The notes under the pieces: model-generated
Database searches by the model: none
Seen by the model: only the letters and a program-made list of their open reading frames with translations
What the model was told of the DNA's origin: nothing
Assembly: GCF_044704955.1 (NCBI RefSeq)
Contig: NC_092002.1
Coordinates: 13,702,001 to 13,766,000, forward strand
DNA from: Pristiophorus japonicus
Lineage: Eukaryota
Direction: 5' to 3'
DNA: 64,000 bases
Shown: positions 50,761 to 62,734 of the stretch, in pieces
Layout of the letters: each line of letters begins with the position of its first letter
Position numbering within the stretch: position 1 is the first letter of the stretch
Made by a program: the position numbers and the translations under genes

Positions 50761-51574
50761 TGAACATAAGCATTAGGAGCAGGAGTGGGCCTTTGGACTC
50801 CTCGGGCCTGCTCCGCCATTCAGCAAAATTATGGCTGATGATCTAAAAAGAAAGACTTGTATTTATATAGCGCCTTTCACGACCACCGGACATCTCCAAG
50901 CGCTTAACAGCCAATGAGGTCCCTCGATCTACCTCAACTCCACTTTCCTACACAATCCCCATATCCCTTGGTTTCCCCAAAGTCAAAAAATCTAGTGGTC
51001 TCTGTCTTGAATATACTTAATGACTGAGTCTCCAAAGCCCTCTGGGGTAGAGAATTTGGTTACAGTCCTCTAGTTTTGCTCTTCCCTACAAGTGGAAACA
51101 CACTCTCTGTGTCTACTCTCTCAAAACCTACCGTAAAGACCTCTATTCGGTCACCCCTCAGCCTTCTCTATTCTAGAGAAAAGAGATCCAGCCTGTTCAT
51201 CCTTTCCTGATAGGTATAACCTCAGTTCTGGTATCATCCTTTTAAATCTTCTTTGCATCCTCTCCAGTGTCTTTAGATCCTTTTCATAATGTGGTGACCT
51301 GAATTGTACACAGTACTCCACAAGTGTGGTATAACCATGATTCGATACTTGTTTAGCTTAACTTCACTACTTTTCTATCCCTCTCGAAATAAATCCCAGT
51401 GAAGATGTGGGAGGGGGAGGAAGAGGCTGTCGGGCAGTGTCTTAGTAGTGCAGAGAATAAAAGAGAAAAGACCAGAGAAACAATGAATGTCGTCATAGCA
51501 ATAACACAGAATGATAAGAAAGGGAATGAAGAACAGAATATTTCCTGAATCTTCCCCCTCCCCCCACCCCATCA

Positions 51575-52375
51575 GTTTGAAGCCTTCTCTATTGCTCTAG
51601 TTATTCTATTTGCTAGGACACTGGTTCAAGTCGAGTCCATCCTAACAGCACAACTCTCTTTTTCCCCAGTACTAGTGCCAGTGCCCCACGAAACAAAACC
51701 CCCTGCCTCCCACACCACTCTTTCGGCCGCACGTTTAGCCATCTAATCGGCTTATCCCTATGTCAAATGGTGCATGGCTCAGGTAACAATCCAGAGATCA
51801 TTACCTTTGAGGTTCTGCTTTTTAATTTGGACCCCAGCTCCTCAAACACTCTCAATAGAACCTCATTCCTAGTTCTACCAATGGCGTTGGTTCCTACATG
51901 GACCACAACAACTGGATCCTCCTTTCCCATTCCAAGTTCTTCTCCAGCCACGAGGAAACCGGACAAGCAATACAACCGTCGGAACTCCCAGTCATGAATC
52001 ACCGCTCGGTCAGTGTGGATGGGCCGCCATTTTGTATATTGCCCTCCTTTAGTTTGGGAGCGGTGTCCGGGACTGACCCACCTGTTTTTACGCCACGTTG
52101 TGCACGCGCCAACCCCTTACCGACCGGCGGCGACCCCCTTTCGGGACTTGCCCCGAGGGAGCGGTACAGCTGCTGGTCAGTATCACTGACAGCTTTTTCT
52201 GTCTGTACCCTTTTTGTGGCTGGGTGGTGTGGCCACCCTAAAAGGGGAGGTTGCACTGCCGGCGACTCCCTCTATCCCCCTGCCTGCACTGTCCCCTTCA
52301 CGGGCAGCAAAAACCTCATACCTGTTGGATAAGGGCAAAGGCTGAGGCTCCTCCGGCACTGCACCTGAGGTCCCC
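51575..52375 (-). mobile_element. CR1 ORF1 (SGNH) fragment, interrupted by a GC-rich insert of about 250 bp
   Basis: DPVVVVHVGTN..KLKSRTSKVMISGLLP; PLPLSNRYEV. Confidence 0.75.
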
Positions 52376-53401
52376 TTTTCACTCGTGCTTATCTGGCCTC
52401 CCTTTAAATGCATTTATACCATTCACATGAACCACTCCCGATCACCCTGTAGTTTGGGCTGAGAGAGGAAACCAGCTCTGACACAGGCCAGATAGCACAG
52501 AGAAGGCAACTACAGCCTTTCCAAAGACAAGAACCATCTCTTCAACCCTCCTTTTCTCTCTTCGCCCCCCCCCCCCCCCCCCAGACTTGTCTGTCAGTTG
52601 CTTTTTCCACCTTAATTCATTTCTATGGAGTAGCAAACCCTACCATTCAGCAAAACTAAAACCATCTCCGTTGGCTGCCATCAGCACTTAGATTATTTTG
52701 GTGCTAACTCCCATCAACCTCTGTGGCTGCTTGCCTGTGTTAAATCCAGTTGTGCAACCTCTGGGGAATTAGATAAATACTTGGAAGGAGAAAAAATTGC
52801 AGGGCTATTGGGAAAGAGCAGCAGAGTGGAACTAACTAGATTGCTCTTCGAAAGAGCCGGCGCAGACTCGATGGACTGAATGGCATCCTTCTGTGCTGTA
52901 ATATTGTATGATTTACCTTTCTCCAATCCGCACCACTCGTTGCCTGTGCCATGCACTCTCATGACAGTGGAATAGCTTCACACACAAGTTTGAAATGTTG
53001 GGTTGCACTGCAAAAGTAAGAAAGAGCTAAATAATAGTGTATTATTTTCGCCTGTGTCTATCTGTGTGCACATTTTGGCTGCCGCTTCGGACCCGAGTCT
53101 TTAACCTCGTTTTACGCTTTCTTCTCACGCTTTCTCTCTCTTTCCCTCATGTTGTAAAATTATTGTGAAGCGCCTTGGGATGTTTTACTACGTTAAAGGC
53201 GCTATAAATAAAATTTATTATTACCACGTCCTTGGGATGTCTCGAAGAGCTGTGCATCCAATCAGTATGTATTATGTAGGTGAACGTGGCAGACAGTCTG
53301 CCGAAAGCAAAGTACCAAAGGCACCAAATCGCCTGATCTGTTTTGTGTTCATTGAGGGGAAACCCGGGGGTGCTCCTTTGCCTCTCTCCAAATTGTGACA
53401 T

Positions 53402-53890
53402 TGGGGTCTGAAATTGCCCCTTTCTATAAGGGCTGTGACTGTTTCAGAGGTAATGACTCACCGCTCGGTCGGTGTGTTAGGGGCCACCATTTTGTATATT
53501 GCCCTCCTTTAGTTTGGGAGCAGTGTACGGGACCGACCCACCTGTTTTCACACCAAGTTGTGCATGCACCGACCCCTTACCGATCGGCGCTGACCCCCTT
53601 TCGGGAATTGCCCCGAGGGAGAGGTATCGCTGCTGGTCAGTGTCAGCTTTTTCTGTCTGTCCCCATTTTGTGGCTGGGCGGTGCAGCCACCTTTAAACGG
53701 GAGGTTGCGATTCCATTTTATTTGTTATTGTCGGCCGACTGCCAGTTGGGCTGACAATTATGCCTGCAGGTTCGGCCGGGCTGCCGACAGGCAGCTTGGC
53801 ACCCCCGTTTGGACCAGGCCACTGGCCTGGCCGAAACTTTCCCTGGTGGCCCAGTGTTTTCCACCAAAGTGGCTGCAGAGTTCGCAGTGA
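53402..53890. mobile_element. Probable Harbinger-type non-autonomous element fragment
   Basis: ggggtctgaaattg start resembles a PIF/Harbinger TIR; 53459-53710 is repeated at 51999-52255. Confidence 0.4.
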
Positions 53891-53894
53891 GCCA

Positions 53895-56090
53895 AAGATT
53901 GGCAGCGGTTAAGCTCTGAAATTTTTTAACTCTATGTTGAGTCCAGAAGGCTGTAAAGTGCCTAAACGAAAGATGAGGTGCTGTTCCTCGAGCTTGTGTT
54001 TCATTGGAACAATGTAGGAGACTGAGGTCAGAGTGGGAATGGAGAATTAAAGTGACAGGCGACCGGAAGCTCAGGGTCACACTTGCGGACTGAACGGAGG
54101 TGTTCCACAAAGCAGTCACCCAATCTACGCTTGGTCTCCTAAATTGAAAGAAGTACAAGTAAATCGCTGTTTCACCTGGAAGGAGTATTTGGGGCCCTGG
54201 ACAGTGGGAAGGGAGGTGGTAAAAGGGCAGGTGTTGCATCTCCGCTTGCACGGGAAGGGGAGGGGGTGCCGGGGGTGACTGCAGATTGGACCAGGGTGTC
54301 GCGGAGGGAGTGGTCCCTTCGGAATGCTGAGAGGGGAGGGGAAGATGTGATTGGTGGTGGGATCACGCTGGAGGTGGTGGAAATGGTGGAGGATGATCCG
54401 TTGAACGTGGAGGCTGGTGGGGTGAAAGGTGAGGACAAGGGGAACCCTGTTGTGGTTCTGAGAGGGAGGGGAAGGGGTGAGAGCAGAGGTGCGTAAAATA
54501 GAACAGACGCAGTCGAAGGCCATGTTAACCACGGCGGAGGGGAATCCTCTGTTGAAAAAGGTAGACGTCAGAGGCACTAGTGTGAAAGGTGGCATCGTCA
54601 GAGCAGATGCGACGGAGATGGAGAAACTGGGAGAATGGAATGGAGTCCTTACAGGATGCAGGATGGGAGGAAGTGTAGTCCAGGTAGCTGTGGGAGTCAG
54701 TGGGCTTATAGCGGATACTGGTTGAAAGCCTATCCCCAGAGATGGAGACGGAGAAGTCAAGGAAGGGAAGGGAAGGGAAGAGTCGGAGATGGACCATGTG
54801 AAGGTGAGGGAAGGGTGGAAATTGGATGCAAAGTGAATGAAATTTTCTAGTTCAGGGCGAGAGCAGGAAACGGCACCGATACAGGCATCAATGTACCGGA
54901 AAAAGAGGTGAGGGAGGAGACCCAAGTAGGACTGGAACAAAGAATGTTCCACATATCCCACGAAAAGGCAAGCATAGCTCGACCCATGCGGGTTCCCATA
55001 GCAACACCTTTAATTTGGAGGAAGTGAGTGGAGTTAAAGGAGAAGTTGTTCAATGTGAGAACAAGTTCAGCCAGGCAGAGGAGTGTGGTGGGGGGTGGGG
55101 ACTGGTTGGGCCTCTGCTCGAGGAAGAAGCGGAGCGCCCTCAGGCCATCCTGGTGGGGGATGGAAGTGTAGAGGGTTTGGACGTTCATGGTGGAAACTGT
55201 TCAAGAGACGGAGGGCGTTGGAGTCGTGGTGTAGGTGGGAAGAGAGTGGACAAGGGGAGAAAAAATAGAGTCGAGATAGGAAATAAGTTCTGTGGGGCAA
55301 GAACAGGCTGAAACGATGGATCTACCGGGCAGTCCTATTTTTGGATCTTGGGAACGAGGTAGAAGCGGGCTGTGTGGTGTTGGGGAACTATGAGGTTGGT
55401 GGCTGTGGAGGGAAGATCTCCAGAGGAGGTCAGGTCAGTGACGGTCTGGGAAATGATGGCTTGATGTTCAGTGGTGGGGTCGTGGTCCAGGGGGAGGTGT
55501 CAGAGAGTTGGCGATCAGCCTCTGCAAGGCAGAGGTTGGTTCGTCAAACAACAACAGCGCCACCCTTGTCGGCAGGCTTGATGACAAGTTTGGGGTTGGA
55601 TCTGAGAGAGCGGAGTGCTGCAAGTTCAGAGCGAGGGAGGTTGGAGTGAATGAGGGGAGCAGAGAAATTGAGACGGCCGATGTGCCGTCAGCAGTTTGCA
55701 ATGAAGAGATCCAGAGAGGGTTAGAGGCCAGAGGGAGCGGTCCAGGTAGAGCGAGAATTCTGAAAACGGGAGAACGGGTCAGCTGTGCAGGGGGAAGACT
55801 CCTGGCCGAAGAAGTGGGCATGGAGGCAAAGGCGGTGGAAAAATAGGTCAGCCTTGTGCCGAGCTCGAAATTCATTGGGGGGGGGGGGGGGGAAAGGTAA
55901 GGGGATGGAGCTCAGGCCTTTGCTGAGGACTGATCATTCGGGATCCGAGAGAGGGGAAGGTCAGAGGGCAGAGTGAGAACACAGCATGGGGTGAGATTGG
56001 AAGAAGGGATGGGATCAGTGGAAGTGTGGGGGAAGAAGGTTCCGGGGTGGGGGCATTGTGGACAAAGTTGGGTTGCGGTGATATCTGTCC
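53895..56090 (-). mobile_element. Penelope-like element (RT plus degenerate GIY-YIG), frameshifted
   Basis: MNVQTLYTSIPH..LNNFSF..QIKGVAMGTRMG, FFRYID, YKPTDSHSYL, PLVLTFHP. Confidence 0.9.
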
Positions 56091-56102
56091 GCCGTTTTAT
56101 GC

Positions 56103-56298
56103 ATGGGTGCAATAGTATTGTGGTTATGTTACTGGACTAATAATTCAGAGAATGAGAGTTCAAATCCCACTGTGGCAATTTGAGAATTTGAATTCGTTTT
56201 TTTTAAGCTGGAAATAAAAATCTGGTTCCGATAAAAGTGAACAAGTTGCTGTATTGTCGTAAAACCCAACTGATTTACCAATGTCCCTTTTAGGGCAG
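56103..56298 (+). mobile_element. tRNA-derived SINE, interrupted by the ERV
   Basis: tagtattgtggtta A-box-like and gagttcaaatccc B-box; sequence breaks off at the LTR edge. Confidence 0.55.
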
Positions 56299-56663
56299 TG
56301 TTAGATTTCTTAATTCCCCATGAAATACGAACTCCGATTGTAGTTTTAATTTCTTTATTTCTGGCAGAGAGCAACAACAAGCTTCTTGGCTTTAAGCCAG
56401 GTCTTTGTCCTTCTGAGACCACATGGTCAAAATGGCTGTACTTATACCTGGATCAATTTACAGAAAAGAACTCGCCTTCTTTGACCTTATTGGCTCAATT
56501 AATAGTCTTTTAACCTTTTAATTGGCTCGCTACCCAAGGGTCCTAAACTGTCAAGTTGATTGATGACTTAATGCAACATGCTGGACTGCATGTAGCAGCC
56601 TTGACTTGGGGTCTGTGAATTTTCACAGTCTGTCTAAATGCAGCCCGTTTGAATTCTCTATCA
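56299..56663 (-). mobile_element. ERV 3' LTR (365 bp)
   Basis: Termini TGATAGA...TCTAACA; polypurine tract AAAGGGGGGA immediately upstream (about 56665-56674); AATAAA at about 56354-56359. Confidence 0.8.
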
Positions 56664-56938
56664 ATCCCCCCTTTGATTCTTTCACAAACTGAATCATAAA
56701 ACATCAGGTATCACTGGTTAAACATTCTACAAAATAATTTAATACATGTTAATAGAGTTTCCTTCTAAAATTTTTTGCTGTGTTTCGCCACATGTCCGGA
56801 CTAGTAGCTTCCACACAAATTTACACCAACCCGAGTTCCATCGTGGCCACAATGGAAGTCTGGTTTTAGTAGGTTAATTAACCTTATTCCAATTTAATCC
56901 AAATCAATATCTTAATTCAACTGGTAAACAACCTTCCC

Positions 56939-58263
56939 TTAAGCATAACATACCCCTGTGCCACGTACAGATGGTCTACTGGGACCTGCAAGGTGTCTCA
57001 CATGCGGGACAGCAGCTACAGCCGCCTGGTCGCAACAACATTTAATCAACATAAACAAACAATATAAAAGTAAAATAATTACAACAAATAGAATTAAACC
57101 TTCCACCAATGAAGTTCCTATTGAACCTAGCCATTCAGTGGCTCCACTCCACAAAGTGAATGATGGGGGTTGCTTAAGTTTTTCTACCTCCTTTTGGATA
57201 TGCTCCGCTAAGTGGGTAGTTTCTTCGGAGCTATCTGGGATATATGTGCAACACTCAGTTCCGAGTAGGGCGTAAGTACCTCCCTTTTCAGCCAGGATGT
57301 AATCAAGGGACAGTCTATTCTGTAGGGCTACTGTGCGGATTGCTACCATTTCTGCATTGATTTTAACTAGGGCCTCTGAGGTATCATTGGCTACCCAATC
57401 CACAACGGATGCCATGTTAATGGATTCCCTTGCCAGTCTGGCGGTCCCATACCTGGGTATCAGAATGGCAAAGAACCTTTCTGTTTCTGTGATAGCTCTC
57501 TTAGGACGGTGTAAATGTTCCGACAGTGACTTTATATGATACATATAAGGCACAATGTAGGCTAAATAGCAGGATCCCATCCAATTCTGGGGCAGCCAAG
57601 GGTAGTGCCATTATGTGCAATGAATGTTAGCTGTTACTTTGTCAGCAACACTCCGGGACCTGTCCAGGCTTTTCCATCTGTTTTATTCAGAATCCCCGTT
57701 TCGTTAAAAATTCCCACATCGGCCCAGTTTGGATGGTTCCGTGGCTTGATTATATTATAATTCCGGGAGCAGTTACTATACCGCATATTTTGGCCTCTGA
57801 TGTTTCTAATCAGACAGACCGATTCCCCCGGTCTTCCTATTCCCGTTGTATTAGTGATAACAAAAAATGGGGGCCGTTCGGAATTATTGTAGCACGGTTG
57901 GTATCCCCCTTCAAAGGTAGTCAGATTATAACCTGCTGACTTCCATTTACGTGCCCAGTTTTCTGTATCCTGAAACACATTGCCTGTTTTGTTTTGATTA
58001 ATTATCCACTCAGCCATTTCCGAGATATTCAAGGGAACTGGCCTCAAGGGAATTCCTCCCTTTGAGTGAATAGGAATATGCGCACACACCCAACAACTAG
58101 AAATGTTACCTTGTTTGGCATAGATGTATGACATAAATAAAAAGGTATTTACATGTAATTCCTTTGCTACCCTACTATTTCCCTTTGGTGCAGAGGGTCG
58201 GCTAGTAAGAAGTAGGCCTATGCGTAGAATAGCTACAATCAATAATACAGTAAATTTATACAT
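56939..58263 (-). pseudogene. env: ERV env (gamma-type), disrupted at about 57600-57635
   Basis: Signal peptide; SU CWVC; furin site RPKR; ISD LQNRLSLDYILAEKGG; CX6CC with the first C changed to Y; TM helix. Confidence 0.9.
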
Positions 58264-58318
58264 TTTCGCAAAAAGTAATTGTCCTTATTAGATTTCAGCT
58301 TCAGTTACGGGTGCTCGT

Positions 58319-61300
58319 TTAACGTGTGAAGCGTGGATCCAGGCTTTCTTTCCTTGGACTTTTAACAGCTGCCTGGGTGGTCAATAACACTTGATAAGGT
58401 CCCTCCCACTTGGCACCCAAAGGTTCTTTATGCAACTTTTTCACATACACCCAGACTCCCGGGATGATGTCGTGTCCTCCTTCGGGTGGATTATCCCAAG
58501 CTGCCGATACCTGTCGGGAAACAGAACTAATAGCATTGGTTAAGTTCTGACAGTATGATAGCAAAGTGTCACTCATTAAGTGAACATCAGCTTTCCGTAA
58601 ATCGATAGTTTCTGGCAGCGACATGGGTCTTCCTGTTATAATTTCAAATGGGCTTAGACCTGTAGTTCTGTTCGGGGTTGCCCTAATGCTACATAGCACT
58701 ATTGGTAGTGCCTGGGGCCATGGTGTTCCTTCTTGGTGATATTTGGCAAGCAGTTGTTTCAAAGTTCGATTCATTCGTTCTACTTGTCCTGATGATTGTG
58801 GATGATAAGGACAGTGTAAATCCCACGTAATGTTCAGTAACCTACAGATTTCTTGGCAGACAGCACCTGTGAAGTGTGTTCCCTGATCTGAGTCAATGCT
58901 ACTCGGAACTCCCCATCGGGGAATGTAATCCTTACACAAGACCTTTGCAGTGTGATTGGCTGTGGCTCTTTTAGTTGGGACAGCTTCTACCCATCTAGAG
59001 AATCTGTCGACCATGACAAGAATGTTAGTATATCCTTGGCATGAAGGAAGAGATATATAATCAACCTGCAGATACTGGAATGGTCCGACAGGGGCAGGGG
59101 GCCTCAGTTGGGGCATTACCGTGATGGGTCCAGAATTATTTTTCTGGCAGACCACACAGCGGTCTGTTACCAGCTGGGCATGTTTTTTAAATCCCCGACC
59201 CCACCAGCTTTTCTGGAACCGTGCCGTCATCTGTTGTGAGGCCAAGTGTCCCCACGAGTGGATCTGTTGGGCTAAAAAAGGCATAAGCGCTTGTGGCGCG
59301 ACTGGCTTGTCGGTAACTCTTTGTCTCCAGACACCATCTTCACATAGCTTAATTCCTGCCTCAATCCATGTCCATTTTTCCTCTTGGGAGCACTCGCCTT
59401 GCATTGTTTGAAGGTCTCGTGTCAGAGTCCTGAGTGCTTTCAATCTGCACCTCTGTGTTGCTTCTTCAGGAGGAACGTCCTGTGAGGCGGCATCTTTAGC
59501 TGCCTGGTCGGCTAGGGCATTTCCCTGTGCTTCTGTGGTATTTTCCTTGGTATGGGCCTTGCACTTCAGGATGGACACTTCCTGAGGTAATTATATGGCC
59601 TCCAGTAAGTCTCGGACTTTTTTTCCATTTCGGATAGGTGTACCAGCATCAGTGAGGAATCCTCTTTTCCGCCATAACAGACCAAAGTCGTGAGCGACTC
59701 CAAAAGCATAACGCGAATCTGTGTAGATCTGTCTGTCCTTCTGCTATTCGACATGCTTCTGACAGGGCCCGTAACTCGGCCTGTTGTGCTGACGTTCCTG
59801 AGGGTAAACATCCTTTTGCCACTACCTCATATAAGATTGTAACTGCCCATCCTGCTTTTCTGGTACCATTGTCAACAAAGGAGGAACCATCTGTAAACAG
59901 GATGAGGTCTGGGTTGTGCAGAGGCTCCTCTGCTGCTAAGGCTGCTTCTGTTTCTTTTAAAATCTCCACACAGTCATGCTCTTCACATTCTCCCCCCTCT
60001 TGCTCTCTCGATTCTGACATCGAGAGCATAGTTGCGGGATTAACCGCGCTGGCCCGGACGATATGGAGATTAGGAGCTTCCAAAACTGCTGTCTAGCGGG
60101 TCCATCTTGTTGCTGTCACCTGAGACATTCTATTCATAGACAGCAAAGCGTGTACGGTGTGGGGACACTTGACAATCAGCTTTTGGTCGAGAACTAGACC
60201 CGCAGTGGTCATTACCGCTCGACATGTAGCTTCCATGGCCCTTGGGCAACTTCACCATCCGAGGGCTACCGCATCCAGTTTTGCCGAATAATAGCCAATA
60301 GGTCTTTGCCGATCCCCATGTTCTTGTGTCAGTATAGCTGTCATATATTCTTCTTTCTCATGGACAAACAGGGTAAATGGCTTACCACTGTCGGGGATTC
60401 CCAGAGCCGGTGCCGAACACAAAGCCTTTTTCAAACTCAGGAAGGCCTCTTGCTGTTCTTTAGTGAGGATGATGGCTTCTTTAGAGGCACGTTTCCCCTT
60501 TAAAATATCATTCAGTGGCTGAGCAAGCTGTGTGAAGGAGTCAATCCAATTTCTGTTAAAGTTACACAATCCCAAAAAAGACCTTAGTTCCTGAATAGTG
60601 GTGGGTTTTTTAGCAGCCTGAATGGCTGCAGTTCTATCCTGGGTAAGTTCTCTCTTTCCTTGTGAAATCTTTTGTCCCAGGTATACAACCTCTTCTTGGG
60701 ATATTTGTGCTTTGTCGATGCTGGCTTTATGTCCTTTCAGCCGAAGGTGGTCCAGCAAAGCTCGTAAATCTTGTTCATGCTGTTCCTCCGTGTTTGAAAC
60801 TAGCAAGATATCGTCTACATATTGGATGACTGTGGATGACAGGGGAGGTAATTCTCGCAAATGGCTTTGTAAAGCCATGTGGAATACTGTAGGGCTGTTG
60901 TGGAAACCCTGTAGTAACCAGGTCCAAGTATACTGTTGTCCTTGGACAGTGAAAGCAAACCACTGTCGAACCTCCGGTGCCAGAGACACCGACCAAAATC
61001 CATTGGCCATAATCTATAACCGAGAAATATTTATGTTCCAGTTTGAGGGCATTAAAAATGGTGGAGGGATCTGCGACCAAAGGAGCTTTTTGATCAATAC
61101 ACTGGTTAGCTTTCCTATAATCGACAATCAAACGGCAAGTCTCATTAGATTTCTGTACCGGCCACACGGGGCTATTGGAGGAGCTATGCATTTTAATAAG
61201 CACCCCTTGTTTCTCCAATTGCTGAATAACCGGTAAGATTCCCGCGATGGTAGTTGGACTGATGGGATACTGTTTAGTGCATGGAGGCTTGGTCCCGGTA

Positions 61301-61734
61301 AATGACGCAGGCTCCATCTGGAGTAGGCCACAATCGTTCATATCTTTAGCCCATATCAGGTGTTCCTTCAATTCTTCTTTCTTCAAAGTTCTAATTGACC
61401 ATGTCACCCGACCATCCTCGAAATGCAACGATGAATCTACTTGGATTAGAACGTCCATTCCCAAAAGGGGTTGATCTACTGGGCCTATCCAGACCGGCGT
61501 GGTTAGTTCATGTGGACCCAGCCCTATAAGTACCGGTGGTGTCCTTTTAATTTCCATTTTATGGCCCCCCAACTACCATCCAACGGCAAAAATTCTCCAT
61601 ATTGTAGGGATAAGCATGTTAATTCTTCCCCTGTGTCTAAAAGACAGTCCACATCCTTATCGCCCACCCTCAGTTATATATAGCCCATCTCCCCTTTGTT
61701 GTATTAGTGCGAGGAGGGGGGGCCAGGGTGGGCT
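58319..61734 (-). pseudogene. pol: ERV pro-pol (protease, RT, RNase H, integrase), frameshifted
   Basis: LLDTG at about 61630-61645; LQGFHNSP and YVDD; FTDGS and SAQQAEL; HHCC, DDE and GPY motifs. Confidence 0.93.
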
Positions 61735-62734
61735 CTAACCGTTTTTTGCTATCCCAAGTAACTCCTTCTGTTGTTGTATTGTCAGTCGCTTAAATGCTTC
61801 TATGAGGTTGTTATCTTGTGACAAGCCTGGTTTGTTGGCTGAATTGTATCCCTGGCTGCGTCCTCTTCCCCAGCCACGACCTTGCTGTTTTGCCCTGCAC
61901 GTCTTGGCCCAGTGACCTTCTTTCCCACAATAATTACATTTTCCGAGTAATTTTCCTAATGACTGTTTATCGGAATCCTGGGATTTCCATCCCATAGCCT
62001 GTACAGCTCGGACTTTAGCTCCCATATCCCTGTCTAATTGGTTACATTGATCCACCAATGCTGCAAAGGTAGTTCCTCTACCTTCCCAGTCCGGTAACAC
62101 TACCTTAAGCATTTTGGACAGTTCTGGCTTTAGACCTTCCACGAAAGCTGCTTTCAGGGGTCCAAACACTTGTTCATCCATTTCCTCATCCGTATTATTC
62201 ATACCCAAATGTTCTAGCCACGTGCATCTAAACCGCTCGTCATACTCCAGGACCTCCTCTGTTCCTTTCTGTTGGCAGGCTGCAATTTTTCCCCAGTCTG
62301 TCTTAGCTGGACTGAAGGCTTGCAGCCAGTGTTTAATCGCCTCCCATCCTGCGTTTAATTCTTGCTCATCCTGCCCCAAAGCAGCTTCTACCTTGTCGTG
62401 CAATTTTCTTCCCTGTGTTTTTGGCCAAAATTTATGGTCAAAATTTGCACTCCGTCCCAGTGATGAAGTTGATATATATTTCTTAATTGGTCCCACGTTT
62501 TTACTCCCCCTTTCTTTGGATTGGGCAATTCCTTGGACCATTTATCAATTTTCTCTGGGTCTGCCGGATCATGAAATAAGTATTCTGCATACACCCTTTT
62601 CTTCGTTTTTTTGGTTCCGCCCTCTTCCGCAGTCTCTTCTGATTTGACGAACAACTCGTCTTTTTTTAAATGGAGCAAAGCGCAGCCCTAATTCTTCATC
62701 CTCCGACACTGTATTGTCGGAGGATTCAGAATAC
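61735..62734 (-). pseudogene. gag: ERV gag, C-terminal part
   Basis: MHR-like QQKGTEEVLEYDERF; single zinc knuckle CNYCGKEGHWAKTC; TAG at 61735-61737. Confidence 0.85.

Noticed and set aside
56939-58263. Domesticated syncytin-like env
   Set aside because: The frame is broken near 57600-57635 and the CX6CC motif is mutated, so it is decaying with the provirus.
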